64,000 bases of DNA from IMG/VR virus record IMGVR_UViG_3300031993_000007. One strand, given 5' to 3'. This document shows, piece by piece, positions 1 to 9,185 of the stretch. The position numbers were made by a program, and so were the translations under genes. Position 1 is the stretch's first letter, and every line of letters starts with the position of its first letter. The notes under the pieces were generated by a model. That model did not search any database and was not told where the DNA came from. It saw only the letters and a list, made by a program, of their open reading frames with translations. The stretch is from a virus (Duplodnaviria; Caudoviricetes).

Positions 1-417
1 TTGGCTGAAGATGCCGTGCTGTCTGCCCGAAGCGCTCTTGAAAATGGCGTAATTCCGGCAGGTAACATCATGGCAGCTATGGTAACTCATCCTGAAGAAG
101 TTCGTAATGAGATTGCTAATATAGTCGGCGGTACTGGATACATTACCACCGAAAATGCGCAGGATCTTGTCACGATGATTCATGACGCCTTTGTTCGTGT
201 CTTCATGATCGTTTCCAAACTCAGCTTTGAAGACGTAGAAGGTCTCCTTGATCAGAAGGTTATCTTCAATGTGCGTACCCGCAAGACAGAACCTATCGAT
301 AACACCGTGGTGCTTAACAGCGCCCGTACCGATAAGGAAATCATTCAGGGCGCACTCAGCGTGGTTGGTCTGATTAGTACCTCTAACCAGTTCATCTTCG
401 CTCCTAAACAGTTCTAA
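1..417 (+). CDS. groEL: Phage GroEL-like chaperonin, C-terminal part (truncated by window edge)
   Basis: EDAVLSARSALENGVIPAG resembles the chaperonin motif EDAL.ATRAAVEEG.VPGGG; C-terminal VVLNSARTDKEIIQGALSVVGLISTS resembles the chaperonin C-terminal helix. Confidence 0.75.
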   Translation: MAEDAVLSARSALENGVIPAGNIMAAMVTHPEEVRNEIANIVGGTGYITTENAQDLVTMIHDAFVRVFMIVSKLSFEDVEGLLDQKVIFNVRTRKTEPIDNTVVLNSARTDKEIIQGALSVVGLISTSNQFIFAPKQF

Positions 418-430
418 ATCCTTAACAGGT

Positions 431-461
431 CGGGAAGGTCTCCGGGCCTTCCCGCCTTTTT
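431..461 (+). terminator. Intrinsic terminator
   Basis: cgggaaggtc-tccg-ggccttcccg hairpin followed by a T-run. Confidence 0.75.
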
Positions 462-475
462 ATTGTAGGTAAAGT

Positions 476-1222
476 ATGAATTTCCATCAGTGGGCTACAA
501 ACCCAGTAGGCAAAGGTAGCGCCCAAGTTGCTAATCGTGGTGTTATCATCTTGGATCTTAGAAGACGTGCAGAAGGACGTGAAAGCTCTAAGGGTATCAA
601 CCTTGAAGTCTATAAGAAAGGACAGTCATATTTGTTATATTTTAAACTGCTGTCTGAGCATTGGAAAGATCTTTGGTATGACGTCGTGTTTACGCTGACT
701 CCTCCGGAAGGAGTTGATGTGTCGCATGATCGCACTATTGCCAATTACGAAATGAAGATCATTTCTAATATGCCGTCTTTTGCTTACACTTACGCTTATG
801 TAGCTAATGCTAAGGGCGAAGTCGTGGAATTCTTGAAGAGCAAATTCCCTAAGATCTTCTGGGAAGAGAAGCCTAAAGTCCGCAACCCAAGAGAAGAAAT
901 GGGTTTTGAAAAGAGTATTCTCTTGTGTGTATTTTACCTGACTTTAAAGAAGTTTCAGTATATAGACACCTTGGATAGGTTATCTAAGGGCGTTCCTAAT
1001 CTTCCTGTTCTGTACAAGAAGTTTATGTCTTTTACTGACAAAATGAAAGACTATGATGCTAAGAAGAAAGCTCACCAAGCGGCTGTTCGAAAGAGTGGCG
1101 TACACATGACAAAGCATGGCGTAAAGCGACTCAGACAGAAACCGCTAGAGCCTCTGAAGTCTTCATCTTCCAAGGCTCCGAAGATGGCCTCTAGGCGCAC
1201 ATTGCCGCAGAGAGCAAGATAG
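476..1222 (+). CDS. Hypothetical protein with basic C-terminal tail
   Basis: 248-aa ORF with AGGT RBS, between chaperonin and sigma-like gene. Confidence 0.7.
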   Translation: MNFHQWATNPVGKGSAQVANRGVIILDLRRRAEGRESSKGINLEVYKKGQSYLLYFKLLSEHWKDLWYDVVFTLTPPEGVDVSHDRTIANYEMKIISNMPSFAYTYAYVANAKGEVVEFLKSKFPKIFWEEKPKVRNPREEMGFEKSILLCVFYLTLKKFQYIDTLDRLSKGVPNLPVLYKKFMSFTDKMKDYDAKKKAHQAAVRKSGVHMTKHGVKRLRQKPLEPLKSSSSKAPKMASRRTLPQRAR

Positions 1223-1226
1223 TCTT

Positions 1227-1234
1227 TATATTAT
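1227..1234 (+). promoter_or_regulatory. Early-type phage promoter motif TATATTAT
   Basis: Motif recurs upstream of more than 10 gene starts in the window. Confidence 0.55.
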
Positions 1235-1259
1235 AAAGCGAACCCACCATGAGGTAATA

Positions 1260-2834
1260 ATGGAACAAACCGAAAACACAGAAGAAATCAATGTCATGAT
1301 GGAAGCCAAACCGGTGTTCGTGAAGATGAATCTTCATGAAATCAGCGGCCTTGGTGACCAATCTATCGATACAATGTCCTTCGGAAAGAAGCGTATCTAT
1401 TCCGGAGTCTCTGGATCGATGGTTAATGACTGGAGTGATCTGGTTCTTGGGTATTATGAAACTTTCAACGTCAAGGATGAAAACGGTAACGATGTTATCG
1501 ACCCGAAGACGGGAAAGCCTAAGACATACCAAAAGCTGATTATTCCTGGATTTGGAATTGATGCCTTGCTAGATTTGGCCAGCTTCAGATTGAAGAGCCA
1601 GTCCCAAGAAATCAAGAATCTGGAAGATCTCATATCCGAGATTGATTTTGTATTGAAAAGAAGCTTTGAATTCAGCTATCGTGTGTCGGATAGCGCTTAC
1701 AAGATCAATATCGTGTACAATACGGACAATGAAGAATTGTGCTTTAAGCGTGAGCACGTTATAGCCATTCTGGCTTGTTCAAAGGTGTTTAGAATCAGTC
1801 TGCCGCTGCTCCTCAGCTTTATGGTAGACAATCCGGAATTTCCTGAAGATATCAACACGGTCATTTTGGAATACTTCCTTCATGCAATGGAGGAGATTCA
1901 GAAGTTCATCGGCAGACCTGTGAATCTTCACAATAAACTCCGTCGTTTGGTTGAAAGTCGTGTCTATGGAACAGAATACTCTGACACAGTGATCTGGGGT
2001 TATCTCCGTAACCTTGGAACCAACTCTGTTGAAGTTGTGCAGCCGTTGCTTCGCAAGCTTATCACGGATATCACTCCGAAGCTGACGATCAATGAGAATG
2101 TGATTAACTTGTATCACGTCGTTGTAAAGAAGCAGCTTCACTTCATGTTCCATGCTAATATTCCGCTTGAATATGAAAATGTAAACTCTGCCCTTGAGCC
2201 GGATGAAGCCAGTGTGTTTGATACCACTGTAGCCAAGTTCGCTCAGAATGAAATCTATCCGCCGCTGGTGGATCTTGCTTATAAGGACTTTGTTCGTAAG
2301 CTCCTGAAGGGTGTGGCCTCCGGAATTGAGGTTACAGATGATGAAGTCGAAGAGTACACCAAGGTCTTTATACCCAGCAAAGAAAAGAACTACATCTTCT
2401 TTGCTCTATACAGCAAGTATATCGAGGATCATGAAATCCTTTTCGCTCTCAATGAACGTCGCTACACTTATCTGACGTTACTGCTTCACAGGATCCTCTT
2501 GAAGTACAATATGCCTAATCTGGCTAAGATCATCATGAGCAATACGGATGATGAAAACACTGCAAAACTCAGCACGTCCAAGCTCAAGTTGACTAGGAAG
2601 TTTATGCAGAGTATTCGTGAGAGTCATGGGTATCAGGAACTCCAGAAGAATTGTTTCAAGTATATTTCGGAGAAATTCCAGCACAATAATACCCTGCTTG
2701 GCATTCTGGAAAATATTGCCAAGAACTCTAGACACTCTGTCTTCCCGAATGCCATTGGCGAGTACGAACAAATTACCATTGATGACGAGTCTTTGGCTAG
2801 CGAACTTCTTCAGTTGGCTAAGATCATTGTATGA
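1260..2834 (+). CDS. Non-virion RNAP promoter-specificity (sigma-like) subunit, AR9 gp226/phiKZ gp68-like
   Basis: NLHNKLRRLVESRVYGTEYSDTVIWGYLRNLGT and PKL..N..VI..YHVVVKKQL match my recollection of AR9 gp226; lies two genes after the chaperonin, as gp228/gp226 do in AR9. Confidence 0.75.
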   Translation: MEQTENTEEINVMMEAKPVFVKMNLHEISGLGDQSIDTMSFGKKRIYSGVSGSMVNDWSDLVLGYYETFNVKDENGNDVIDPKTGKPKTYQKLIIPGFGIDALLDLASFRLKSQSQEIKNLEDLISEIDFVLKRSFEFSYRVSDSAYKINIVYNTDNEELCFKREHVIAILACSKVFRISLPLLLSFMVDNPEFPEDINTVILEYFLHAMEEIQKFIGRPVNLHNKLRRLVESRVYGTEYSDTVIWGYLRNLGTNSVEVVQPLLRKLITDITPKLTINENVINLYHVVVKKQLHFMFHANIPLEYENVNSALEPDEASVFDTTVAKFAQNEIYPPLVDLAYKDFVRKLLKGVASGIEVTDDEVEEYTKVFIPSKEKNYIFFALYSKYIEDHEILFALNERRYTYLTLLLHRILLKYNMPNLAKIIMSNTDDENTAKLSTSKLKLTRKFMQSIRESHGYQELQKNCFKYISEKFQHNNTLLGILENIAKNSRHSVFPNAIGEYEQITIDDESLASELLQLAKIIV

Positions 2835-3880
2835 TAAAGGATGCTGGCCAATATCTAGACGATCTCATAATGTCGGTGTATACTGGGGCCACCAGCATCG
2901 ACTATAATCGGACTCAGCGAATCATCAGATGCTTTGATTGCGGTGACTCTGACAAACAGGATCACGCTCATCTTGGCATTTCTCTGGTTCCTCCGTTTCT
3001 GTATCACTGCCATAGGTGCGGATTCGGAGGAGCCGTAAATGAAGAATTCTTGTCTAGACTCGGAATAAAAATAGACAAGAAGCTTCATGATATTCTGGCA
3101 GAGAACCGCAAGATCGTCATGACGGCGGCAAAGACTAAACAGCGCTCTGGATCTACTCTTGTTAATAGGATCTTGAATGGAGCGTTTGCAAGTCGAAAAC
3201 TTCATCTTCCAAACTACACTGACGCCGATCGACAACGACCTAATTTCAGGTATCTTTGCGATCGATTTGGTGTAGAATGGACTCTAGAGGATGCGAAAGC
3301 TTTTAAATTAATTCCGTCCTTGAAGAGGTTTGGAAGGGCTAACTTCCTCCAAGAGTGGCCTGAAAAACCAGAGGTTTTAGATGTCCTTCATACAGACTAT
3401 GCTGGATTTCTGGACTACGCCGGACAAGAAATTATCTTTCGAAGGATCGTTGAAAGTGAAAGCTCAAGATACTACGAGATAAAATTCTCTAAGGCTCCGT
3501 TCAGATTATACACTATCAGCAGGCAAGTTCCAGTAGCTACATCAAGGCTTCAGCTCATTTTGGCCGAAGGAATTTTTGATGTGATAGGTCTGTATAACAA
3601 GTTTCCTGAATTCCGTAATAATGCTGTCTTTGCAGCGATGCTAGGAAAGTATCCGGATAGCATTATGGACTTCTTCTTTAGACTTGGATTCTTTGCTCAA
3701 GACGTTATGATCTTTAAAGATAATGACGTGAATGACTGGAAATACATCAATGGAATAAAGAGATTGAATTATCCAAAAAAGCTTGGATTTACTGTCAAGG
3801 TTCTGCACAACGAAACAGGGCATGACTTTGGAATTCCGGCTAATGAGATCCGTCTGGATTCTGCTAGACGAATTTTATAA
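2831..3880 (+). CDS. DNA primase (Zn finger + TOPRIM)
   Basis: CFDCGDS...HCHRCG Zn ribbon; TOPRIM ILAEGIFD and FKDND. Confidence 0.8.
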   Translation: MIKDAGQYLDDLIMSVYTGATSIDYNRTQRIIRCFDCGDSDKQDHAHLGISLVPPFLYHCHRCGFGGAVNEEFLSRLGIKIDKKLHDILAENRKIVMTAAKTKQRSGSTLVNRILNGAFASRKLHLPNYTDADRQRPNFRYLCDRFGVEWTLEDAKAFKLIPSLKRFGRANFLQEWPEKPEVLDVLHTDYAGFLDYAGQEIIFRRIVESESSRYYEIKFSKAPFRLYTISRQVPVATSRLQLILAEGIFDVIGLYNKFPEFRNNAVFAAMLGKYPDSIMDFFFRLGFFAQDVMIFKDNDVNDWKYINGIKRLNYPKKLGFTVKVLHNETGHDFGIPANEIRLDSARRIL

Positions 3881-3886
3881 AAGAAA

Positions 3887-3956
3887 GGGACGTCTCACGA
3901 TGTCCCGTTTTCTTTTTTGGAACATAGAAAAAAGAAGCGAGCCATGTAGGCTCGCT
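3887..3956. terminator. Pair of convergent intrinsic terminators
   Basis: gggacgtc-tcac-gatgtccc plus T-run (+); agcgagcc-atgta-ggctcgct preceded by A-run (-). Confidence 0.7.
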
Positions 3957-3959
3957 AAA

Positions 3960-6662
3960 TTATACTACCAATCCGTCATTAACTTCAGCATTCGCTAAGT
4001 CATCAATTGTACGGAAGTCTCTAACGCTATCTTGGCCTGACTCTCGAATGAAATTCAGAATATCAGTCATTATAGGATAGAATATTGGATGCTTTTCTAT
4101 TACTGGTGCTAGAACCTTGTAGTACTCTGCTCTAGAGTGCTCGCTGGATTCTGCTACTTTCTTGCCTACGATTTCTAGGACTGCGCCCTTAAATCTACTC
4201 ATTGGAATATTACTATTGTAGCGCAATGGAGCTTTCGGTGATATCATTTTATAGACTTTCAACAGCGATCGCATCTGGAGATCAAAGAACTTCTTGTCAA
4301 CTTCTGTTGGCAAGAAAGTATTTTGGAATCCTTCTGTGATCGCACGTTCCAGATTATCCTCAAATTTCTTCAGCCGAGATATTTCATCTTCCCAGTCAAG
4401 TTTCTTCCAGTCTTTGTATCTGATGTAATCTAAGACATTTTTATTCCACGGAACACTGTGGACTATTTTATAGACTGGTCTGTATTTGTCATATCCATCC
4501 TTCAAGAAGTACATTAATCGACCCCAAATTCGCTTTGGATCGATGTATTCGCCACTATCCCAGTACCCCGGAAGTGGAATATGCTGAGCCGAGAAGGTGT
4601 CTTTATACGACAAGGCTACCAGCAAAGCATTAACTTCCGCTGTTCTACGATCATTAAGGAACCTTGTGAATCTTGAGTATCCTAAAATCTTTATCATGAA
4701 TTCAACTGGAACGGCTATACAATGAACGTCGTTAGTTATATTCAGCATAAAGTCTTTAGATCCCGGATCTAATTCCTCCACAAATGGGAAGAACGTATTT
4801 AGCAATTGCAAAGTCTTAAGGCTCCGAAGGGATTTGGATCTAATATTGATCGTAAAATGGAAATCTTCCGTCATGGTCTTAATATAGGCACCGGACTGTC
4901 TGCATTCCGAGAAACTGAATAACGGACTCAAGGTTTTGATCAATGCGTACACTTCAGAGATCGGATACTCTGTAACACAGTTGAATTTGGCCTCAAACCC
5001 AGTTAATAGAGATGTGCAGTTTTCCTTGTTAAACTTTTGGAATGGTCTGATCATCTCTGTCTCTAGGAATCTATACAGCTGATTACGATCATTGATAGGC
5101 TTCAGGTATTTGGTAAAACTCTGCTCCTGTGTAACCTTGAAGCTAACGGATAAAGCTTCGGCAGTTTCATCAGATGAGTAGAATTTAATAAACGCATTTA
5201 TAACTGGAGAGTCTAAGAATTTCTTGTAATCAATTATCGAAGAATGGCTGTATTCCAATTTGTCTGATATAATTTCCTTGATCTTCTGAGATAACGCCTC
5301 ATAAACTCTGGGACGGAGCGGGTCTGTACCTTTGCTCTCACGTATCAAAGCTTTAAAGATTCTAGTACAATCTTCTCTGGTGTACTTCTCTTTTAAGGCG
5401 TCATTCCCGATAATAATACTCCATAACAAGTATTCTGTCATTGGCAAGCGGACTTCGACATAGCTAGTATTGTAGTACAGTTGAACGAACATCTTTTCTT
5501 TCAATTCTAAGTACCGATCCGTCAGTGCTGATCTGTTGTCATTCAGAGTTCCACAAAGATTTACGGCGTAGCTCTTAATCCGCTCGCAAATGTCCTTTAC
5601 GATAGTATCTGCTATTTCGTGCTTGCGATTAACTAGATCCAGATAATCTACAAGCATTTTACCAACATCTTCCTCTTCTTCTTCGCTATAGTTATCCCTG
5701 TTTTGTTTTTCTTTCCAGGCTTTAGCCATTGTAAAGAATAATGAAGAAGCATCAGAAATTTCTGTTACGATGTGTTTCTTGTTTTCTGAAGTAAGTCCAG
5801 ATCCCATCGATTCTACAACATCTTTCAGGTTACGGAGTTTGGACAACAGCTTTTCGGATTCTTTAAGGATCGGAATTACCAAATCCGGATAAGCCGTAGC
5901 TTTATCGTATGATGTTATTTTTTCTGTGGTCTCGGCTACAATGCGGCTAGATGTTAAGATGTACTCAATAATCGTTTTGCTGGTAATCCGATCTGGCGAC
6001 TTCAGATACTCATCAAAAGCTATCTTTTTCTGATCCATAGAATATGTAGCCTTATCCACCACCGTCGAATAAGAATTCAGATCGCCAATATCTACCAGCT
6101 GACCGTTGATAGAGTATCTGTAACTACTAGAGGATGACAGAGTAGAATCAGTCGTTTCATTAAGTACGGTAGCAGTCGTAGGTGTGATAGGTACAGTAGC
6201 TGTGCTGACCCATTGCCCGGTAGATACATCGCTCCAGCGCCCAGTTCTTTCGGCATGGCGTCTTTCAATCTCTTCAAGACGACGGGAGATTTCTTCTCGT
6301 GTTGCACGAGAATCTACCATGCCTATCAATTGCCTAGCAGCTTCGTTCATTTCGGATCGAGCGGCTACGTACTCTTCACGGAGTCGATAGGATCTATCAA
6401 GACGTCTGGCAGCTCTTTCAAGTCGGCTACCGTATGTTGTTTCTCGGTCTTGAGTGACCGGAGGGATCGTACTGTCGGCTTCAGTAATCTCATGTGGCTG
6501 GTCATTTGGCACAGTTGCTATATTGCTTAATACTTCATTAGCTACCGATTCATCGTTAGGGCTTACCGGCTCTTCAGGAAGGTTATCGTAAGTATCTTGC
6601 TCAATATTTGGAACATCTGCGTCCGAATAAATTTGTTGAAAAGTTTGTTCTTGGGTGCTCAT
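3960..6662 (-). CDS. Large hypothetical protein, acidic disordered N-terminus
   Basis: 900-aa ORF, GAGG RBS, TATATTAT motif at 6688-6695 upstream. Confidence 0.75.
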   Translation of the reverse strand: MSTQEQTFQQIYSDADVPNIEQDTYDNLPEEPVSPNDESVANEVLSNIATVPNDQPHEITEADSTIPPVTQDRETTYGSRLERAARRLDRSYRLREEYVAARSEMNEAARQLIGMVDSRATREEISRRLEEIERRHAERTGRWSDVSTGQWVSTATVPITPTTATVLNETTDSTLSSSSSYRYSINGQLVDIGDLNSYSTVVDKATYSMDQKKIAFDEYLKSPDRITSKTIIEYILTSSRIVAETTEKITSYDKATAYPDLVIPILKESEKLLSKLRNLKDVVESMGSGLTSENKKHIVTEISDASSLFFTMAKAWKEKQNRDNYSEEEEEDVGKMLVDYLDLVNRKHEIADTIVKDICERIKSYAVNLCGTLNDNRSALTDRYLELKEKMFVQLYYNTSYVEVRLPMTEYLLWSIIIGNDALKEKYTREDCTRIFKALIRESKGTDPLRPRVYEALSQKIKEIISDKLEYSHSSIIDYKKFLDSPVINAFIKFYSSDETAEALSVSFKVTQEQSFTKYLKPINDRNQLYRFLETEMIRPFQKFNKENCTSLLTGFEAKFNCVTEYPISEVYALIKTLSPLFSFSECRQSGAYIKTMTEDFHFTINIRSKSLRSLKTLQLLNTFFPFVEELDPGSKDFMLNITNDVHCIAVPVEFMIKILGYSRFTRFLNDRRTAEVNALLVALSYKDTFSAQHIPLPGYWDSGEYIDPKRIWGRLMYFLKDGYDKYRPVYKIVHSVPWNKNVLDYIRYKDWKKLDWEDEISRLKKFEDNLERAITEGFQNTFLPTEVDKKFFDLQMRSLLKVYKMISPKAPLRYNSNIPMSRFKGAVLEIVGKKVAESSEHSRAEYYKVLAPVIEKHPIFYPIMTDILNFIRESGQDSVRDFRTIDDLANAEVNDGLVV

Positions 6663-6733
6663 AATTTCCTCGAAATATTTTCATAAAATAATATAATGAG
6701 AAGCCCGAAGGCTTCCCACATAGGTAATAAAGA

Positions 6734-7534
6734 TTACGCCTTAGAATAAAAGGCTAATTTAGCCTTTGAGATTCTATCATATCGACGAGCTTGGACTTCT
6801 TTGTCGCTCATTAGATATTCTCCAGATGCAAAAATATCTCGACCATATTTTTTCAATTCGCTGTATATACGGTCATAAACACTTCTTTCATCTGGAGATA
6901 GCTCGTTCTTATTAGTCTTACCAATGCTCTCTAGATATTTAAGACAAGGTTCAGAAACACCTTTAGCATTGCGTTGTCGTTCTTTTTTAAATTTCTCAAG
7001 TGCCGCAGCATCCTTATACATTCCGTTTTCGAAGATATTTATATGGTACTTGCGATTAAAGTATTCTATACGCTTGTATGCTAATGTTTCTTCGTGAGTA
7101 AGATCTTTAAGTTTCTTACCTATAAAGATAAGATATTGGGCTGCTGGCTTATCTTTCTTGCGATTGCTATCTGATAATCGTTCTATTCTAGTGCCATAAT
7201 TAACATTATACTTTCTATCGCACCATTCAAGATTAGTGTAATGGTTATTAGCTTTATTTTCATCTTTGTGATTTATTTCGTTAAAATGTTCCGGATCTGG
7301 ATTTGGGATGAAAGCTTCGGCTACTAGCCTATGAACACGCAAGGTGCAACCAAGTACAGTTACTACTTTATACCCATTCCAGGTAGTTCTTTCTGGCAAT
7401 TGCACATAGTCGCCAATATGAAAATTGGTACCTTTGTATTGCCTTGAAACTTTAGTAAAGATTCGACCGTCTGGATATACTTCTATATCTTTACTTTTAT
7501 TTCCTAATACTATAGAAAGAATAACACTATTCAT
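6734..7534 (-). CDS. Free-standing HNH homing endonuclease
   Basis: VHRLVAEAFIPNP...INHKDENKANNHYTNLEWC; ATG at 7534 preceded by AAGGAG; no intron core motifs nearby. Confidence 0.9.
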   Translation of the reverse strand: MNSVILSIVLGNKSKDIEVYPDGRIFTKVSRQYKGTNFHIGDYVQLPERTTWNGYKVVTVLGCTLRVHRLVAEAFIPNPDPEHFNEINHKDENKANNHYTNLEWCDRKYNVNYGTRIERLSDSNRKKDKPAAQYLIFIGKKLKDLTHEETLAYKRIEYFNRKYHINIFENGMYKDAAALEKFKKERQRNAKGVSEPCLKYLESIGKTNKNELSPDERSVYDRIYSELKKYGRDIFASGEYLMSDKEVQARRYDRISKAKLAFYSKA

Positions 7535-7540
7535 AAGAAT

Positions 7541-7570
7541 CTCCTTATTGGTAATTTCCAATAAGGAGTT
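7541..7570 (-). promoter_or_regulatory. RBS-sequestering hairpin overlapping a late-type promoter
   Basis: 11-bp perfect inverted repeat ctccttattgg/ccaataaggag; AACT-N6-TG at 7570-7559. Confidence 0.7.
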
Positions 7571-7593
7571 ATTTCACGAACTATCTTTTACGT

Positions 7594-8316
7594 CTATTGA
7601 CACCAGATCTTTCTCCTATTAACTGACAAATGTTGGAAGCTCCTTATCTTCTCAAGTAACTCATTGCGTTCGCTTTCAGCTTGCTCAAAAGTTCCCATCG
7701 AAAGTTCGAGGTCTGCCATACTAGTATTAATATTGGTAAAGACTGTCCTCAATCCAAGAATATCGAGCTTTACATCGCAACGAGCCAGCTTGAAAATGGT
7801 TTCACGAAGACCCGGATGAAATTCTGTAAAGTCAGAATGGGCCACTTTCAGCTTCAGAGCGATCTTGTTCTCATTGGTAGACGGAGGAATCGGGGTGATT
7901 CGTATCTTATTAGGAGGTACGAGCTCTGCGCTATACGGGATTGTAGTATAGCCGGACACTTCAGCCTGAAGCCACGCCAACACAAATTCATGTGGGCAGA
8001 TCTGGAAGCTACGATCATAGAAGTCGTAGGCCCCGGACTGGCCAAGGGTAGACATACTTAGAATGAGCTCTGCGCCTATCAGCTGTGTTGGAGTATTGAT
8101 GTAGAACAGACCACGCTGGTTATCGACCATATCCTGCTGAGTATCTACAATATAACCAATAGTCTTAGGGAAATAGATAGACAGTGTAGGTAGAGTTTCG
8201 TCTTTTAGGATCTTGGCAATAGCGTCATTGTCCAATTCCAAACCACGAACAGATGCCCCAAGACGAGCCTTAACGTGATTGATAATCTTTGAAGTGGTAA
8301 ACCATAAATCTTGCAT
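7594..8316 (-). CDS. Putative neck/head-completion protein (T4 gp13-like)
   Basis: N-terminal IINHVKARLG...LELD...I...TL..LSIYFP pattern; GAGG RBS and late-type motif at 8329-8340. Confidence 0.5.
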   Translation of the reverse strand: MQDLWFTTSKIINHVKARLGASVRGLELDNDAIAKILKDETLPTLSIYFPKTIGYIVDTQQDMVDNQRGLFYINTPTQLIGAELILSMSTLGQSGAYDFYDRSFQICPHEFVLAWLQAEVSGYTTIPYSAELVPPNKIRITPIPPSTNENKIALKLKVAHSDFTEFHPGLRETIFKLARCDVKLDILGLRTVFTNINTSMADLELSMGTFEQAESERNELLEKIRSFQHLSVNRRKIWCQ

Positions 8317-8388
8317 AATAACCTCTTTCAACGTAGAGTTTTGAACAAAAAAAGAAAGCGCTCTTTTGGAGCGCAATCCTTTTTGATA

Positions 8389-8637
8389 CTAGACCTCTTG
8401 GATGTAAGGAGTAAAAAGGATCCTCAAGAATTCCTTGTGGTCGTAGAAATTGATAAATCCACCGGACTTGTCAAAGCTAGCAGACATCTTTTCCAACGTG
8501 TCGGCTCGGCACTGAAGCCCCTCATCATCTTTGTGCTGATCAGCTTCGTACTTTGCCTGAGAAACAGCTTCTTTTACTTGCTTCTGTAGCCACTCGGTGT
8601 ACATTACCGCTTTCTGCGGCATTTCGATATTAGGCAT
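8389..8637 (-). CDS. Hypothetical protein
   Basis: 82 aa, GGAGG RBS, TATATTA motif upstream. Confidence 0.65.
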   Translation of the reverse strand: MPNIEMPQKAVMYTEWLQKQVKEAVSQAKYEADQHKDDEGLQCRADTLEKMSASFDKSGGFINFYDHKEFLRILFTPYIQEV

Positions 8638-8741
8638 CTTGTACCTCCATTGTTAAGTGCCATAACTTAATATATCTGGACACCATGAAATTCTACGGGG
8701 TTAAGGACTAAGCTTTCGCTTAGTCCGTTAAAAATCTTTTG

Positions 8742-9185
8742 CTAGCCTTTAAACTTCTCTTTCTGCATTTCGTTCATCTGACTGATAATCATGTCTAGCT
8801 TGGTGTTCATGATGCCATCGTTCTTAGCTCTTTCAGTTTCGGCTTTAGATAACGATTCCTTAATAGCATCAAGCTTTTCAGGAAGCTGTTCCAACTTCAA
8901 AACTCGTTCTTCGAATCTGGCGAGCCTTACACCATATTCTTGAACAGCTACGGAGTTCTTGTCGACGGCTTTGTTTTTCTCTTCGAGAGCGGTAATCCGG
9001 CTCTCGAAGGCTAGTGCTTTTTCTATGCTTTGCCCTTGGGATTTCACGGTGGCCTCCTGCGAAGAAACTTTGCGATCAGCAAGTAATCCTTTCACAGCAC
9101 CAATCAATCCAGCCAACCCAGTGAAAATTGCTGCTATGATTAAAGCTATCGCAGGGCCATTCAAGCTACCTTCTGCACCTGTCAT
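8742..9185 (-). CDS. Membrane-anchored coiled-coil protein (holin-like, tentative)
   Basis: N-terminal hydrophobic helix AIALIIAAIFTGLAGLIGAV then heptad-rich region; overlaps protease stop by 4 nt. Confidence 0.55.
   Translation of the reverse strand: MTGAEGSLNGPAIALIIAAIFTGLAGLIGAVKGLLADRKVSSQEATVKSQGQSIEKALAFESRITALEEKNKAVDKNSVAVQEYGVRLARFEERVLKLEQLPEKLDAIKESLSKAETERAKNDGIMNTKLDMIISQMNEMQKEKFKG

Noticed and set aside
6734-7561. HNH gene as part of an intron
   Set aside because: No group I core motifs flank it and the neighbouring genes look complete
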